NCBI GenBank assembly: GCA_009602725.1 | Contig: WELB01000007.1 | Coordinates: forward strand, 1,049,325 to 1,069,324 | Source of the DNA: Spirogloea muscicola | Lineage: Eukaryota | DNA length: 20,000 nucleotides | Reading direction: 5' to 3' | In this document: in pieces, positions 10,260 to 20,000 of the stretch | Layout of the letters: every line of letters begins with the position of its first letter | Position numbering within the stretch: the first letter of the stretch is position 1 | Translations under genes and position numbers: made by a program | The notes under the pieces: generated by a model | What the model saw: the letters and a program-made list of their open reading frames with translations, nothing else | Database searches by the model: none | Told to the model about the DNA's origin: nothing

Positions 10260-10285
10260 CCAATCAGGGCCGGCCCGTGACGTGG
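10260..10285 (+). promoter_or_regulatory. CCAAT box plus UPRE-like TGACGTGG upstream of the PDI gene
   Basis: CCAAT at 10260-10264 and TGACGTGG at 10278-10285, about 420 bp before the PDI ATG. These short motifs could be chance. Confidence 0.3.
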
Positions 10286-10515
10286 TGGTGGGCTGTGTCT
10301 TTTCTGTTGTGGGCGTTCGTTTGGCCTCCGCCGTATTTCACCCACCGCTGGCCTTTGACTGCCCTTGCCCCCTTTGGAAGTGCCACTCCTCTAAGTGGGG
10401 CAGACAGCCGCTTCTCCGTCGTTACGAGTCGCCGTCTGGGCGTCGCGGATAGCCACTCCCTCCCCCCGCCTTCGGCGCCGCCAGTCACGCCGCCAATTCC
10501 GGATCCTGCGAGCTC

Positions 10516-10546
<31 letters not shown>

Positions 10547-10704
10547 TGGACGCGGCTTCGCCGTTCTCAGGCCAAGGCGCTCGACTTGGAGCGCATCAGC
10601 TCGCGGAGCCGTTGGCCGCTGCGTGCGGGTTAGCCGACGGTGCGTCGTGCGCGGTCTCAGCCCCGGAGGCGTCGACCGCTGGTGGTACGGGCGCGACGTC
10701 AGAC

Positions 10705-13532
10705 ATGGCGGCAGTGTCGGCCTCCGTCGCCGCCGTCAGCCGGTGGCCGGCCGTAATCGTCATCCTGGCGGCACTCGCTGGCCGGGTGCTGGCGCTCTAC
10801 GGCCCGGACTCGGCGGTGCTGCAACTCTCGCCCGCCAACTTCAACGCCAAGGTGCGACGGTCTATGCTGCGCAATCCCCATTGCCTGGCCAACGGTGTCG
10901 AGCGAGCTGACCGCCTCTATACCATCGGCGAGCTCCAGCACCTGCTATGTGTTGGCCCTGAGCATCACAGCCGCCTGAGACGCCCGTCCCTGCCTTACCG
11001 ATAGGTGCTAGACAGCAATAAGGTGGTGTTGGTGGAGTTCTTCGCGCCGTGGTGCGGGCACTGCAAGAACCTGGCGCCCGCCTGGGAGCAGGCCGCCAAG
11101 GCCCTCAAGGGTGTTGCCACAGTCGCCGCCGCGGACTGTGACGCCCACCAATCCCTGGCACAGGTAACTCAGCTCTACCTCGCGTCTTCGCAAGCGCCGC
11201 CGTCTCATCTGCTGTGTGTCGGCAAAACCCAAGATTTCTACGAACTTTCTCTAAGCAAATCTGCTGGTCGAAGAGCTTTACCAGCAAAAGCACTTTGTTT
11301 CTGCTTATGCGTATCTCATATGTGACTTGTGAAATTTGCTTGCGGGGGTGCGACCATGGCAGGACCATGGCATACAGGGGTTCCCCACCATCAAGTACTT
11401 CAGCCCGGGCAAGAAGGGCCTGAGCGACTACCAGGGGCCCAGAGATGCCAAAGCCATCGTTGACTTTGCGCTCAGCCAGGTAGGAGTCAGAGGCTGCTGC
11501 TTGAAGTCACATTGCAATTGACCCAGTTATTGTTGCAGTTTTCAAGTCAGAGAGGACATCCAGTTGACGACTTTTTGACGTCAGCTTTGGACAAGATTTT
11601 CCTGTTGTACAACGTTAGCTTTCATGAATATGTGTTGGTTTAGTGACTCTAATGTCGTTGCTCTTACACTTTTCTGGGGTATGTGGTGCAGGTGAAGAGC
11701 CTTGTTCAGGCAAGACTGTCTGGGAAGGCAACGGGAGGAGGTGGAAAAGGCGGCAGCAGCTCCGGTGAGAAGAGTGGGTCTGTGACTCTTACGAGCAGCA
11801 ACTTTGAGGAGCAAGTGTTGAAGAGCACCGATCTCTGGCTGGTGGAGTTCTTCGCTCCATGGTAAGGCTGCTTACGCTCTCCTCCCCTGGTCCCCAGCCG
11901 CATGTCAAGCAGACTCTGAGCGCCTTGTTGATCTGACGTCTCTTTAAGCAAGGACTCAGCTCGGGCCTACTTTGAGTGGCCACCTGCACATTGAACTTGT
12001 TGAAGGTGACAAACAACTGCAGGCGTTTGACAGGTGTGGTCACTGCAAGAAGCTTGCGCCAGAATGGAAGCGCGCCGCCAAGTCCCTCCAGGGGCAAGTC
12101 AAGCTTGGGGAGGTGGACTGTACGGTGGAAGAAGTATGATTCACTTACTCTTTGCCAGCCGTCTGACAGTCAGCACATTAGCACCTCAGGAACCGCTAGT
12201 AATATTCCCTTGCATCTGACAAAAATAGGGATCATCTGCTGACTTGGATATCGGGGCCGCATGGTAATCAGTACACTCGTCAAGACTGCAGGCTGGTGGC
12301 AATCTGGAAGTGCTTTGCTGCAAGTCTCTCACTGTTCTGGTTGCACAACATTGACCGATGCTTGCAGGCTTTAGCAAGGAAGTATGGCATCAAGGGCTTT
12401 CCCACCATCCTGGTGTTTGGCGCCGACAAGGAGAGCCCTGTTCCTTATGAAGGTCCAAGAGCGGCATCAGCAATCGAGAGCTTTGCTCTGAACCACTTGG
12501 AAGCGAATGCAGTTGCTCCTGAGGTGCTGGAGCTCAGCAGTCAGGTGTGAATAAAAAGCAAAGCACTATATCTGTGCAGCAGAGGTTGGCCGTCTCTCAA
12601 CAACCTATGATAGATTTGCTGGCAGCCCAGTAATTCTCATTGGTTGACTTGAGGCGATTGTCGGCACGTGCCTTCAGAATGTCATGGACCAGCATTGTGC
12701 AAAGTCCACCATCTGCTTCCTGGCTTTCCTCCCAGACATCCTCGACACTGGTGCCGAGGGGCGCAACAAATACCTTGGTATCCTGAAGGAAGTCAGTGAG
12801 CACTTTAAGAAGAGTGCATACAGGTGCAGTCTTTTATCTTGGACTTTCTCATTTGCTTCTGCCGACGTCCAGCTTGATCACCTTGCACATCATTATGCTG
12901 GAGATGGTACACTCCATCAAGCTGGCCTGACGAGCAGACTGGGTGAGGTGGCAAAGCAGCTATTTGTGGGCCGAAGCCAGCAAGCAGGCGACACTTGAGA
13001 AGGCCGTGGGAGTGGGCGGTTACGGGTACCCTGCGCTGGTCGCGCTAAGCGTCAAGAAGCAGCTTGTTGTCCCCTTCAAGGGATATTTTGACAAGCAGCC
13101 GATCATGTGAGTCGAAGCCTTGCCTGCCTCAATTACTTGCGTTTTGATGTCTGCTTTTGTTGAGGGGCCAATAGCCAAATGGACAGCCTCACTTACAGCC
13201 AAACTTGTTCATTAGGCTGTTATGTGCAGTGTGTTGTGTACTTCGTCAGGAGGTAGAGGGAGATTTTATAGCAAGTCTTTCATCTATCTCCTCTCAACAC
13301 CAATAGATAGTCAGGTTGGCCATGGTCATGACAGTATCCCTGATGCTGAGACATCTTGTCCCATGTCCACGCGTTCAGCGAATTTGTGCAGCAGGCTGGG
13401 CTGGGAGGGCGCGGCTCCGAGCCTGTGGAGGTTGTCCCGCACGTTGAAGAGACACAGCCGTGGGACGGCAAGGACGGGCAGCCCCCTGCAGAAGAGGAGT
13501 TCAGCCTTGACGACCTTATGAATGACAGCTGA
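10705..13532 (+). CDS. PDIL2-3: Protein disulfide isomerase, PDIA6/P5 (plant PDIL2-2/2-3) type, 438 aa; 9 exons: 10705-10851, 11005-11163, 11363-11479, 11692-11861, 12034-12133, 12368-12544, 12678-12823, 12960-13106, 13379-13532
   Basis: Hydrophobic signal peptide followed by [12 protein letters not shown]; two [12 protein letters not shown] thioredoxin domains; GFPTI; C-terminal b domain ([46 protein letters not shown]). All introns are GT-AG with consistent phases. Confidence 0.95.
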
Positions 13533-13923
13533 GAGAGAATGTGGGCCATCCTCACCTCCTCTGCGTGCTCACACCAGCACTTCTCCACTTGCATCTGCTT
13601 GAGCTATCTGCAGTATCATCACGTAATTGTACGGTGACGCACAGTGACTGCTTGCAAGCTCTCTGTGCAATCCGTTCATGATGATTGAGTATGTTCTTAG
13701 AAAGGAAACCAGATCCGTGCAAGCGGGTTGCCAGGCCGTCCCCAAAAATTGCTCCACTGAGTCGCTGCATGAAATGCAAGATCGTCTGCCAGCTCAACAA
13801 CTGTGGCTTTGGTTTTTTTATGACAACACCCACAAGACGATGTGAAGCAGCTGATAGGAAGTGTCAGATCCCACTCTGGAAACAGAGCCCAACAGTAGCA
13901 AAGCAACGGTGACAGATTTCAAT

Positions 13924-16542
13924 CTACTTGCTGTCTGCCCCTTCTGGAACACTTCGCCATCCCCGGAAGCTCTCACGAAGGTCGCCCGTCAACTTTGATG
14001 GGTGAGGTCCTGCGTAGTTGCCAAGTGTCGCCATTGCGTTCACCCTGGCTAGTGCCCCTGCCATGGCTTGGGCTGCTTCCAACTGGCTCGCATCCCCAGC
14101 CCAGATTCTCAAGACGCTGGCCTACACAAAGATGGAATGCAATGCTTTCACTGTCAGCACTCCTGAAGAGAAGAGGATGTGTGTGCAAGCATGGAGTTGA
14201 GCACAGAATAGCGGCCCTCTGCAGATAATGCAGAGAAGATTTGCTCAATCCAAAAGCTTAGCGCAGCTTGAGCCAGTCTCAGCTTGTTGGCATACAAACC
14301 TGTAGTGCCCTGCCAAAAGAAAAGGATAGAGTCCAGGGCACTTTGTCGATAATTGATTTCTTAATGGCGTTCAGCTCGTTCAGCTGCTCAGTGGCCTCCT
14401 GTTGCATAAGGAGAAAGAGACTTAGGCAAAGAGTCACTTGGCATCAACAGCTATGAGCCTTAGTAGACACTGCAGGCACAAACCCCGGGTAGATGCTGAT
14501 GCTTGTATCATAATTGGGCAATGGGTTGCGAGCCACTCCGCTGACCTCCTCAGACAGACCACCAGACAAGAACATGATCCCAGGAACAGCAACTGGCACG
14601 CAGCGCTGGAGAGTCCTTATTGTGAGCTGAGCGCACTCTTCTCGTGTGGCTTTCTTGTCACAGTCAAAGCCTGGCAGCACCATTTGGGGCTGCTCATCAC
14701 GTACAGAGTGCTGTCAGAGTCAACTAAAGTGCCACTATGCTTCTAGAATGTTCTGCTGCTATTGACTTGCCAACCAGCAATGTCTTGAAGGTGTACTGTA
14801 GAAGCTATTGCAGTACCTTCAGGAGGATGCCTTCAAGGCAGACGTGATGACACATCAGTGCAGAAAACACTTCTGCAAGCACAAGTTCTGCAACCTCTGC
14901 GCTCCTTGCAGCTGAATGAGTGCCGTCAATGAGTATCTCCGGCTGTGCCAAATTAAACGAGAGGATATTGCATGAGTCAAGACTTGCGAGAACTTAACAA
15001 ACAGGACAACTGGCAACAAGGTCACAGCTCTAGAAGGCTTACCTCAACCTAGGAGTGGGCCATGATTGGTGTCATCCAAGCCAACCACAACCTTCACGCC
15101 AAATGTCAGCATTGCAGACATTGTGCCCCATTTGTGCCAAGTCTTCTCATGATAATCATCCAAGTAGGCCATGCCACAACCGTACACTCAGAAACTAGCA
15201 GCAGGACATTTCCGGGCTTGAGTATTTAGTGCCTCACAATGGGGACCAGTCCCTCCTGTTGGCAAATGGATGCATAGTGGGCAAGCGCACTGGATGAAAG
15301 CTTGAGGGCAAGCGTGGAAGGGCAGTGCTCTTTGATAGTGATGACCTCTCTCCATTTTGCAAATCTTGCACCCTGCAGGACTTGGCTTTTGTCATAAGCA
15401 GCAGCTACTGTGTTAACATGAAATGGTAGGACAGAAGGAACTCTATCCTTGACGCATGCTTTGTGCCAATGAGGACCATAGTTCAGGGATGGTGGACCTT
15501 GTTGTAGTATTGCTGGCACCTTGCGCTCAAGCCGTCAAGACCTTGGCTCACTGTTTCCTCTTCAGAACCTGCAATTGCCACCAGACCCTGGCGACGTTGA
15601 GACAGTTCAGCTCCTGTCCAGCAGAGGCCTGACAAGTTACGGAGCTGCAACTTGAGAAAGTACAGCTGTTGCCACAGAGCATGTCAGGATAGAAAAAACG
15701 AAGTACGTCAGGACCACACGGGGAGCTCGTAAGCCTACCGGAGCCTCACCAAGTCCACCTTGACCCCGACAAGTATACCCTGGCCTTGGAGCACATCTGG
15801 GAAGCGTATTCCCGCCTTTGTAGACTGGTACAATGTCTCTGGAAAGAGAATAGCACCACTGAGGTATGCACCTATGCCTGGAGTAGTGTACAGGACCTGC
15901 AATATGCATGAGCACTCTTTAGCCTGGACGTAAGTGCCTGTGTGAAGTGAGTGATAAATCTGGAGCCTCAATAGCAGGAAGGAAAGTCCTCATAGGCAAG
16001 TACTGAAGTATCAACGGATGTCTGCTGCGGCAGGTGAATGCCTGATCCTGCACCCACGGGTAGTGAGAATGATTGCTAACTACTGAGGCACAGTCGTCTT
16101 TTGACCTCTCGATATGCCCGACGATTCTCCTCAGTGTTCTCCAGCCCTACAGACTTGAGCCGCTTCCCAACTGTGCCAGTGCTTTCGTCACTGGCCAATA
16201 TGCCTTTGCTGGGGGTGGCAAGCCTCCTTGCATTGGACACAACATCCTGCGTTGGCCGTGCAAGCCACCTCCTAATGTCAGCAGCTGCGATCTGCAGCTT
16301 AGCTTACGTGAGCGAGAGTGCGGGGCTTGATGGCATGCTTGCGGTCTTTGCCACACAACGGCTCGTCAGAATGCAGTGCGCGTGGCCTTTTGAGAAGGCC
16401 CGTCAGAGGGCACAGAGCTCCGGCTGGCGCAACGACTCGCTGCACTGTGAGAAGCGGAGCCGAGTTGACTCTCGCTATTGGTGGCGGAGCGGCTCCATGG
16501 CTGCCTTACCTGCAGCCTGGTCGCACTGGCGAGGCCAGCCAT
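13924..16542 (-). CDS. FBA: Class I fructose-1,6-bisphosphate aldolase, about 416 aa with a ~55-aa presequence; 11 exons: 16542-16510, 16439-16308, 16246-16106, 15896-15750, 15587-15498, 15372-15238, 15048-15043, 14942-14817, 14689-14546, 14398-14300, 14121-13924
   Basis: [77 protein letters not shown] (Schiff-base Lys), [30 protein letters not shown]. The ATG at 16542 is in ACCACCATGG context. The first two exons are less certain. Confidence 0.93.
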
Positions 16543-16636
16543 GGTGGTCGGCAGGGGCGCCGCCAGCCAAGAGTCGCAATCCGAGCCGGCCCGCGGTGTT
16601 TCAGAGCACGGAGCTGTGCCGTTAGGCACCAAGGCA

Positions 16637-16716
16637 CAGCCACCAAGCCGGACGTTGCCCCGCTCGTCTCGTCTCCTCTCGTCGCAGCCACCAAGCCGGA
16701 CGTTGCCCCGCTCGTC
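16637..16716. repeat. Two exact 32-bp direct repeats (period 48) between divergent genes
   Basis: CAGCCACCAAGCCGGACGTTGCCCCGCTCGTC at 16637-16668 and 16685-16716. Confidence 0.95.
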
Positions 16717-16888
16717 GGCTCCCGTCTTCTCTCGTCTCGTCGCTGCCCTCGGCCCCAAAAGGTCGTGGGACTTTCGGCGAGCCTGGTCTCGGAGACTGGT
16801 CCCCAGCAAAGCCCCGCCGCCGAGACGCCGCTCCCCATCACCCCGTTCGCAGCGGCGGAGAGCTGCCTCCAGAGGCTGGGCCCCGACC

Positions 16889-18625
16889 ATGGCGGTTGCC
16901 TCCATCGCATCGCCCGCGGAGCTCGCCGCTCTTTTCTGCGCCAAGCGCCTGCCAACCGCGCCGCTAAGAGCTGCAGCCGAAACCAGCTCCATGCGGTACC
17001 GTTTGAGCCGGCGGTACTGCTGGAGAGACACTGCAACTGGCTGGCGGCGACTGCGGTCAGCTTCTGGCTCTGGATATCCCTCTTCGGATTGCCGGACGTC
17101 AAGGATCCTAGAGAAGGGAGACTGCACGGTCATCGCAAGAGCGTCCAAGCATGCAGCCGAGGTAGGGCACCTCCGCCAGCCAAGGCTTGATCAAAAAGCT
17201 CGATCAAGCCTTGGCTGCCGGCGAAAGCAGAAGAGCGACTATAAGCTGTAGTATGTCTGCTGTGATATAGATTTCTGTGGCACTGGCCTAGTACCTTGCC
17301 TTGTGGTTACAGTGACTTTGTCATCTTGTCTTCACAACCGACCTTTCACCTGTCGTTGGCGTGAGATGCTGATGTCTCATTGTGCATGGGGCCAGATTGG
17401 CTCGTGCAGGAGGACCACCAGGGGGACGGGTTTGTGAGGGAGCACCTTGTGACCCTGGAGACGAATGTAGACGACATGTCGCCTCAACTGGTAGGTAGGC
17501 CATTGAGTTAGTTAGTCTTACTGGTGATGAAAGTGATCAAGCAGACCGAAGACTTGAATTTGACTTACTTCGTCAAGTGCTTTGGAGTATCATCATGTGC
17601 AGCAATTATGACTCTCTGATGCTACTCACCAGAGCTCGTCTGTGGAGGTGTAGATGGCATACACCACGGAGCAGCTTCTTGCAGCTGGGGCCTTGGATGC
17701 ATGGATTGTACAGGTGAGATGCAATTGTGGATGACACCAACTTTCAAGCAGCGGCAACTTGAGGACGTGATTGCAGTTCGACCAATAGCAATCAATGCTG
17801 CTCACTCTCACAGAGTCACATTGCTGAGGGAAAGTTGATAGGAGTTTGAATAGCATCTTCCGTTCCGTTGATCAATTTGACATTTTCCATGAATCAGGCT
17901 TTGATGAAGAAGGGACGACCTGGAATGATACTAAACGTTTTGTGCAGGAAAGGCCAGGTTGATGTTCTCCTGCAAATCATCCTGCAGGCAAGTATCTAAA
18001 TAGCCTTGCCTCAGCTGTAGCTGATGCATTGGACCTTTGTGCAGAGCCCTAATGTTCAGCAGCATGCATTTGAGCAGGAGACCACTAGCCTTGGCGTACG
18101 CATAAATCAGTGCGAACGAGTGAGCCTGCAAAGGTCAATGGTAGCTGTCAACACAGAGTGGGGACCAGTTTCCGTGAAAGCTGCATCACTTGGTGGCAAG
18201 CTGGTGCATACATACATATCCCATTAAGTCATGCCTGATAGTCACTGGCCCATGCACATCTTTTCTTCCACGGGTGCGTGGCAAGCATAAATGGTTCTAA
18301 ATGAAATGCACTCCTGTGCAGATGACTGCTCATCCCGAGTATGAGGATTGTGCAAGATTGGCTAGAAAACATCATGTTCCTCTTAAGGTACATATTTAGC
18401 AGCACAACTGCTTCGTCAACCCATGTCCATGGAATGACCTTCGAGTACAACCAGTGACAGCAAGTGCAGCTCAATGTTCCTGCTATACAGAGCGCTTCAA
18501 ATCTGCTCTCACAAGATGTTTACACGTCTCAACTTCACATGACAGGCTTGACGAGCTTTTGTCTTGCTATACTGCAGGTCGTGTGTGATGCAGCGCAAGA
18601 AAACTTCAAGTCTTGTCTCGATTAA
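16889..18625 (+). CDS. larC: LarC C-terminal-domain (LarC2, nickel-insertion/DUF111 family) protein with a transit-peptide-like N-terminus, about 247 aa; 7 exons: 16889-17161, 17410-17490, 17654-17713, 17898-17987, 18078-18203, 18322-18387, 18578-18625
   Basis: Spliced translation: LVTLETNVDDMSPQL|MAYTTEQLLAAGALDAWIVQ|ALMKKGRPGMILNVLC..IILQ|ETTSLGVR..ERVSLQR..VNTEWGPVSVK..|MTAHPEYEDCARLARKHHVPLK|VVCDAA. These are the LarC C-domain motifs in order. Exon 1 (ATG in GACCATGG) is inferred with lower certainty. Intron 4 needs a GC donor. Confidence 0.88.
17177..17217. repeat. Perfect 16-bp inverted repeat with a 9-nt loop in larC-like intron 1
   Basis: CAGCCAAGGCTTGATC (17177-17192) and GATCAAGCCTTGGCTG (17202-17217). 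Confidence 0.92.
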
Positions 18626-18738
18626 TTAGTCCGTCTCTGGACCAGTCACATGCCCCCAAAGCTAAAGGGAGACACAGAAGGCTGAGCTTGAGATGGTGCA
18701 CGCACTATAAAGATACAAAGAGGGATCTTGCAATCACC

Positions 18739-20000
18739 TCACCAGCCGTATTTAGCATGCGTTTGGGCCTTGGTCATGTGGCCTCTGGCCCTTTGCTCAG
18801 CGACCTCCATTTCCTTCTGACGCATGTCAAAATACAGTGAAGTAATCTGGTGTTTTCTGCGGTGCAATTTGCTGGGCTTGTCCTTTGCAGAAGTGGCAAT
18901 TGACTGCACCAGGAGATAAAGTGGGAGGTCGTAAGGCATCGGCAGAGGACTAAGCTGCAGGCATTCACTCAACACTGCAGTACAAAGGACTGCAAGCATG
19001 CAGGCCTTGCAAAGATGATAAGCCTTCACTTGCACATCAACTTCGCAAAATTCACAGTCCAACTTCATGTCGTCAAGTATCCATCGGTCCATTGTTCACC
19101 TGATATGTTGGGCCATAAGCAGGAGCTTGGAGCTCCTGCCGGGGAGTGACCTTGGTCAACTCCGCCTGCTTGACCTCCACTATGTGGGCAGGCCCATCCT
19201 TGCCTTTCCTCTTCTCCTGCGCCATCGCCTGCTGGAGAGGATCCAATGGTGAAGGCCCCAGATCAAAGGCCTGCGCTTGACCCACGGCTCCACCATGATA
19301 TTGCATGTACATCTCTGGCGGGTAGTGAGCTTGAGGTTCATCCCGTGCTGGGCCGGAAGGTTGTTCTCCAGCTTTGGCATGCTGGCCTTTTCGAGGCGGC
19401 TGCACAGTCTCGCGAGGTGCGCCAGCCTGGTAGCTCACAGACCCATCACCATGTTGCGCAGGTGATGTGTGACCTGGCAGCACCCCAATATGTGCAAATT
19501 CTGCCGGGCCTTGGGCCGTGGCGAGCACGGCAGCCTGGCCTGGCGGCAGCGGCCTTCTCTCCAGCAACTCTTCCGGGTGGGCAGCCGAGCTGCTCTCCAT
19601 CACTGTGCGCCGGCTGCCGGGCACCGCCCCGCCGCCGAGAGCACTGCCGACGCCCAGGCTGTGCTTCGGTGCCGGGAGGAGCGCGGCGAGGCCCGCCTTC
19701 GCCGGGCTTCTCTCAACAGCAGGCGTTTCCACCGTCGGTGCTGGAGGCTGCTCTCGAGGGCGCTTCCCGGGCCGCCAGCCATCGTCCTCGTCGCCACCAA
19801 CCAGAGGCTCAGCCGCGCTGCCAGGCGGCCGGAAGGAAACCACCTTGCGCTTCTCCGCGAGCTGCGGCGCAGCCTGCCGTGGCGGCGGCAGGACGCCGAA
19901 GAGGGAGGGCCTGGCGGGGCCCGAGGCGGCCGTTCGGGCCTGAGGCTGCTCCAGCGCCTCGGCGCCGTGCCGCCCGGCCAGCGCCGCGGGCGGCCTCGCC
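18739..20000 (-). CDS. PRCC: PRCC-family proline-rich (spliceosome-associated) protein, 5' end outside the window; exons >=20000..19100 and 18903..18739
   Basis: C-terminal PSKLHRRKHQITSLYFDMRQKEMEVAEQRARGHMTKAQTHAKYGW* is the PRCC signature. Upstream Pro-rich motifs SLFGVLPPP and LAALLPAPK. The frame is open to the window edge. Confidence 0.88.

Noticed and set aside
15226..15240. Apparent frameshift or premature stop in the aldolase (VPIVRH*), suggesting a pseudogene
   Set aside because: Explained by a donor after Ile and the 6-nt microexon at 15048-15043.
16366..17148. 260-aa minus-strand ORF in frame with aldolase exon 1, suggesting a ~200-aa longer N-terminus or a fusion
   Set aside because: No recognisable domain. 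It runs through the GC-rich spacer and antisense to larC-like exon 1, where several frames are open. The ATG at 16542 has a strong context and gives a normal-length presequence. Not fully excluded without transcripts.

Overview
Eukaryotic, intron-rich (GT-AG) genomic DNA, most likely from a green alga or early-diverging streptophyte (inference from gene content, GC-rich first exons and GCC microsatellites). The ORF track uses GTG/TTG starts and ignores introns, so I rebuilt the genes by hand from splice sites and protein motifs. In order: a modular dispersed repeat with a fold-back; a DUS1-type tRNA-dihydrouridine synthase (-, start in or near an N gap); more copies of the repeat; a degenerate Ty3/Gypsy retrotransposon (+, about 5.75-9.6 kb) with an apparent cytosine-5 DNA methyltransferase remnant upstream of RT-RNase H-integrase and a PHD finger downstream, with part of the methyltransferase duplicated into a ~310-bp palindrome; a PDIA6/PDIL2-type protein disulfide isomerase (+, 9 exons, no KDEL); a class I fructose-bisphosphate aldolase (-, 11 exons, including a 6-nt microexon carrying a catalytic Glu); a divergently transcribed 7-exon gene encoding only the C-terminal domain of the nickel-pincer cofactor protein LarC behind a transit-peptide-like leader (+); and the 3' part of a PRCC-family gene (-). 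The most interesting items are the eukaryotic stand-alone LarC2 gene and the methyltransferase + PHD retrotransposon. All family assignments come from motif recognition, not database searches.
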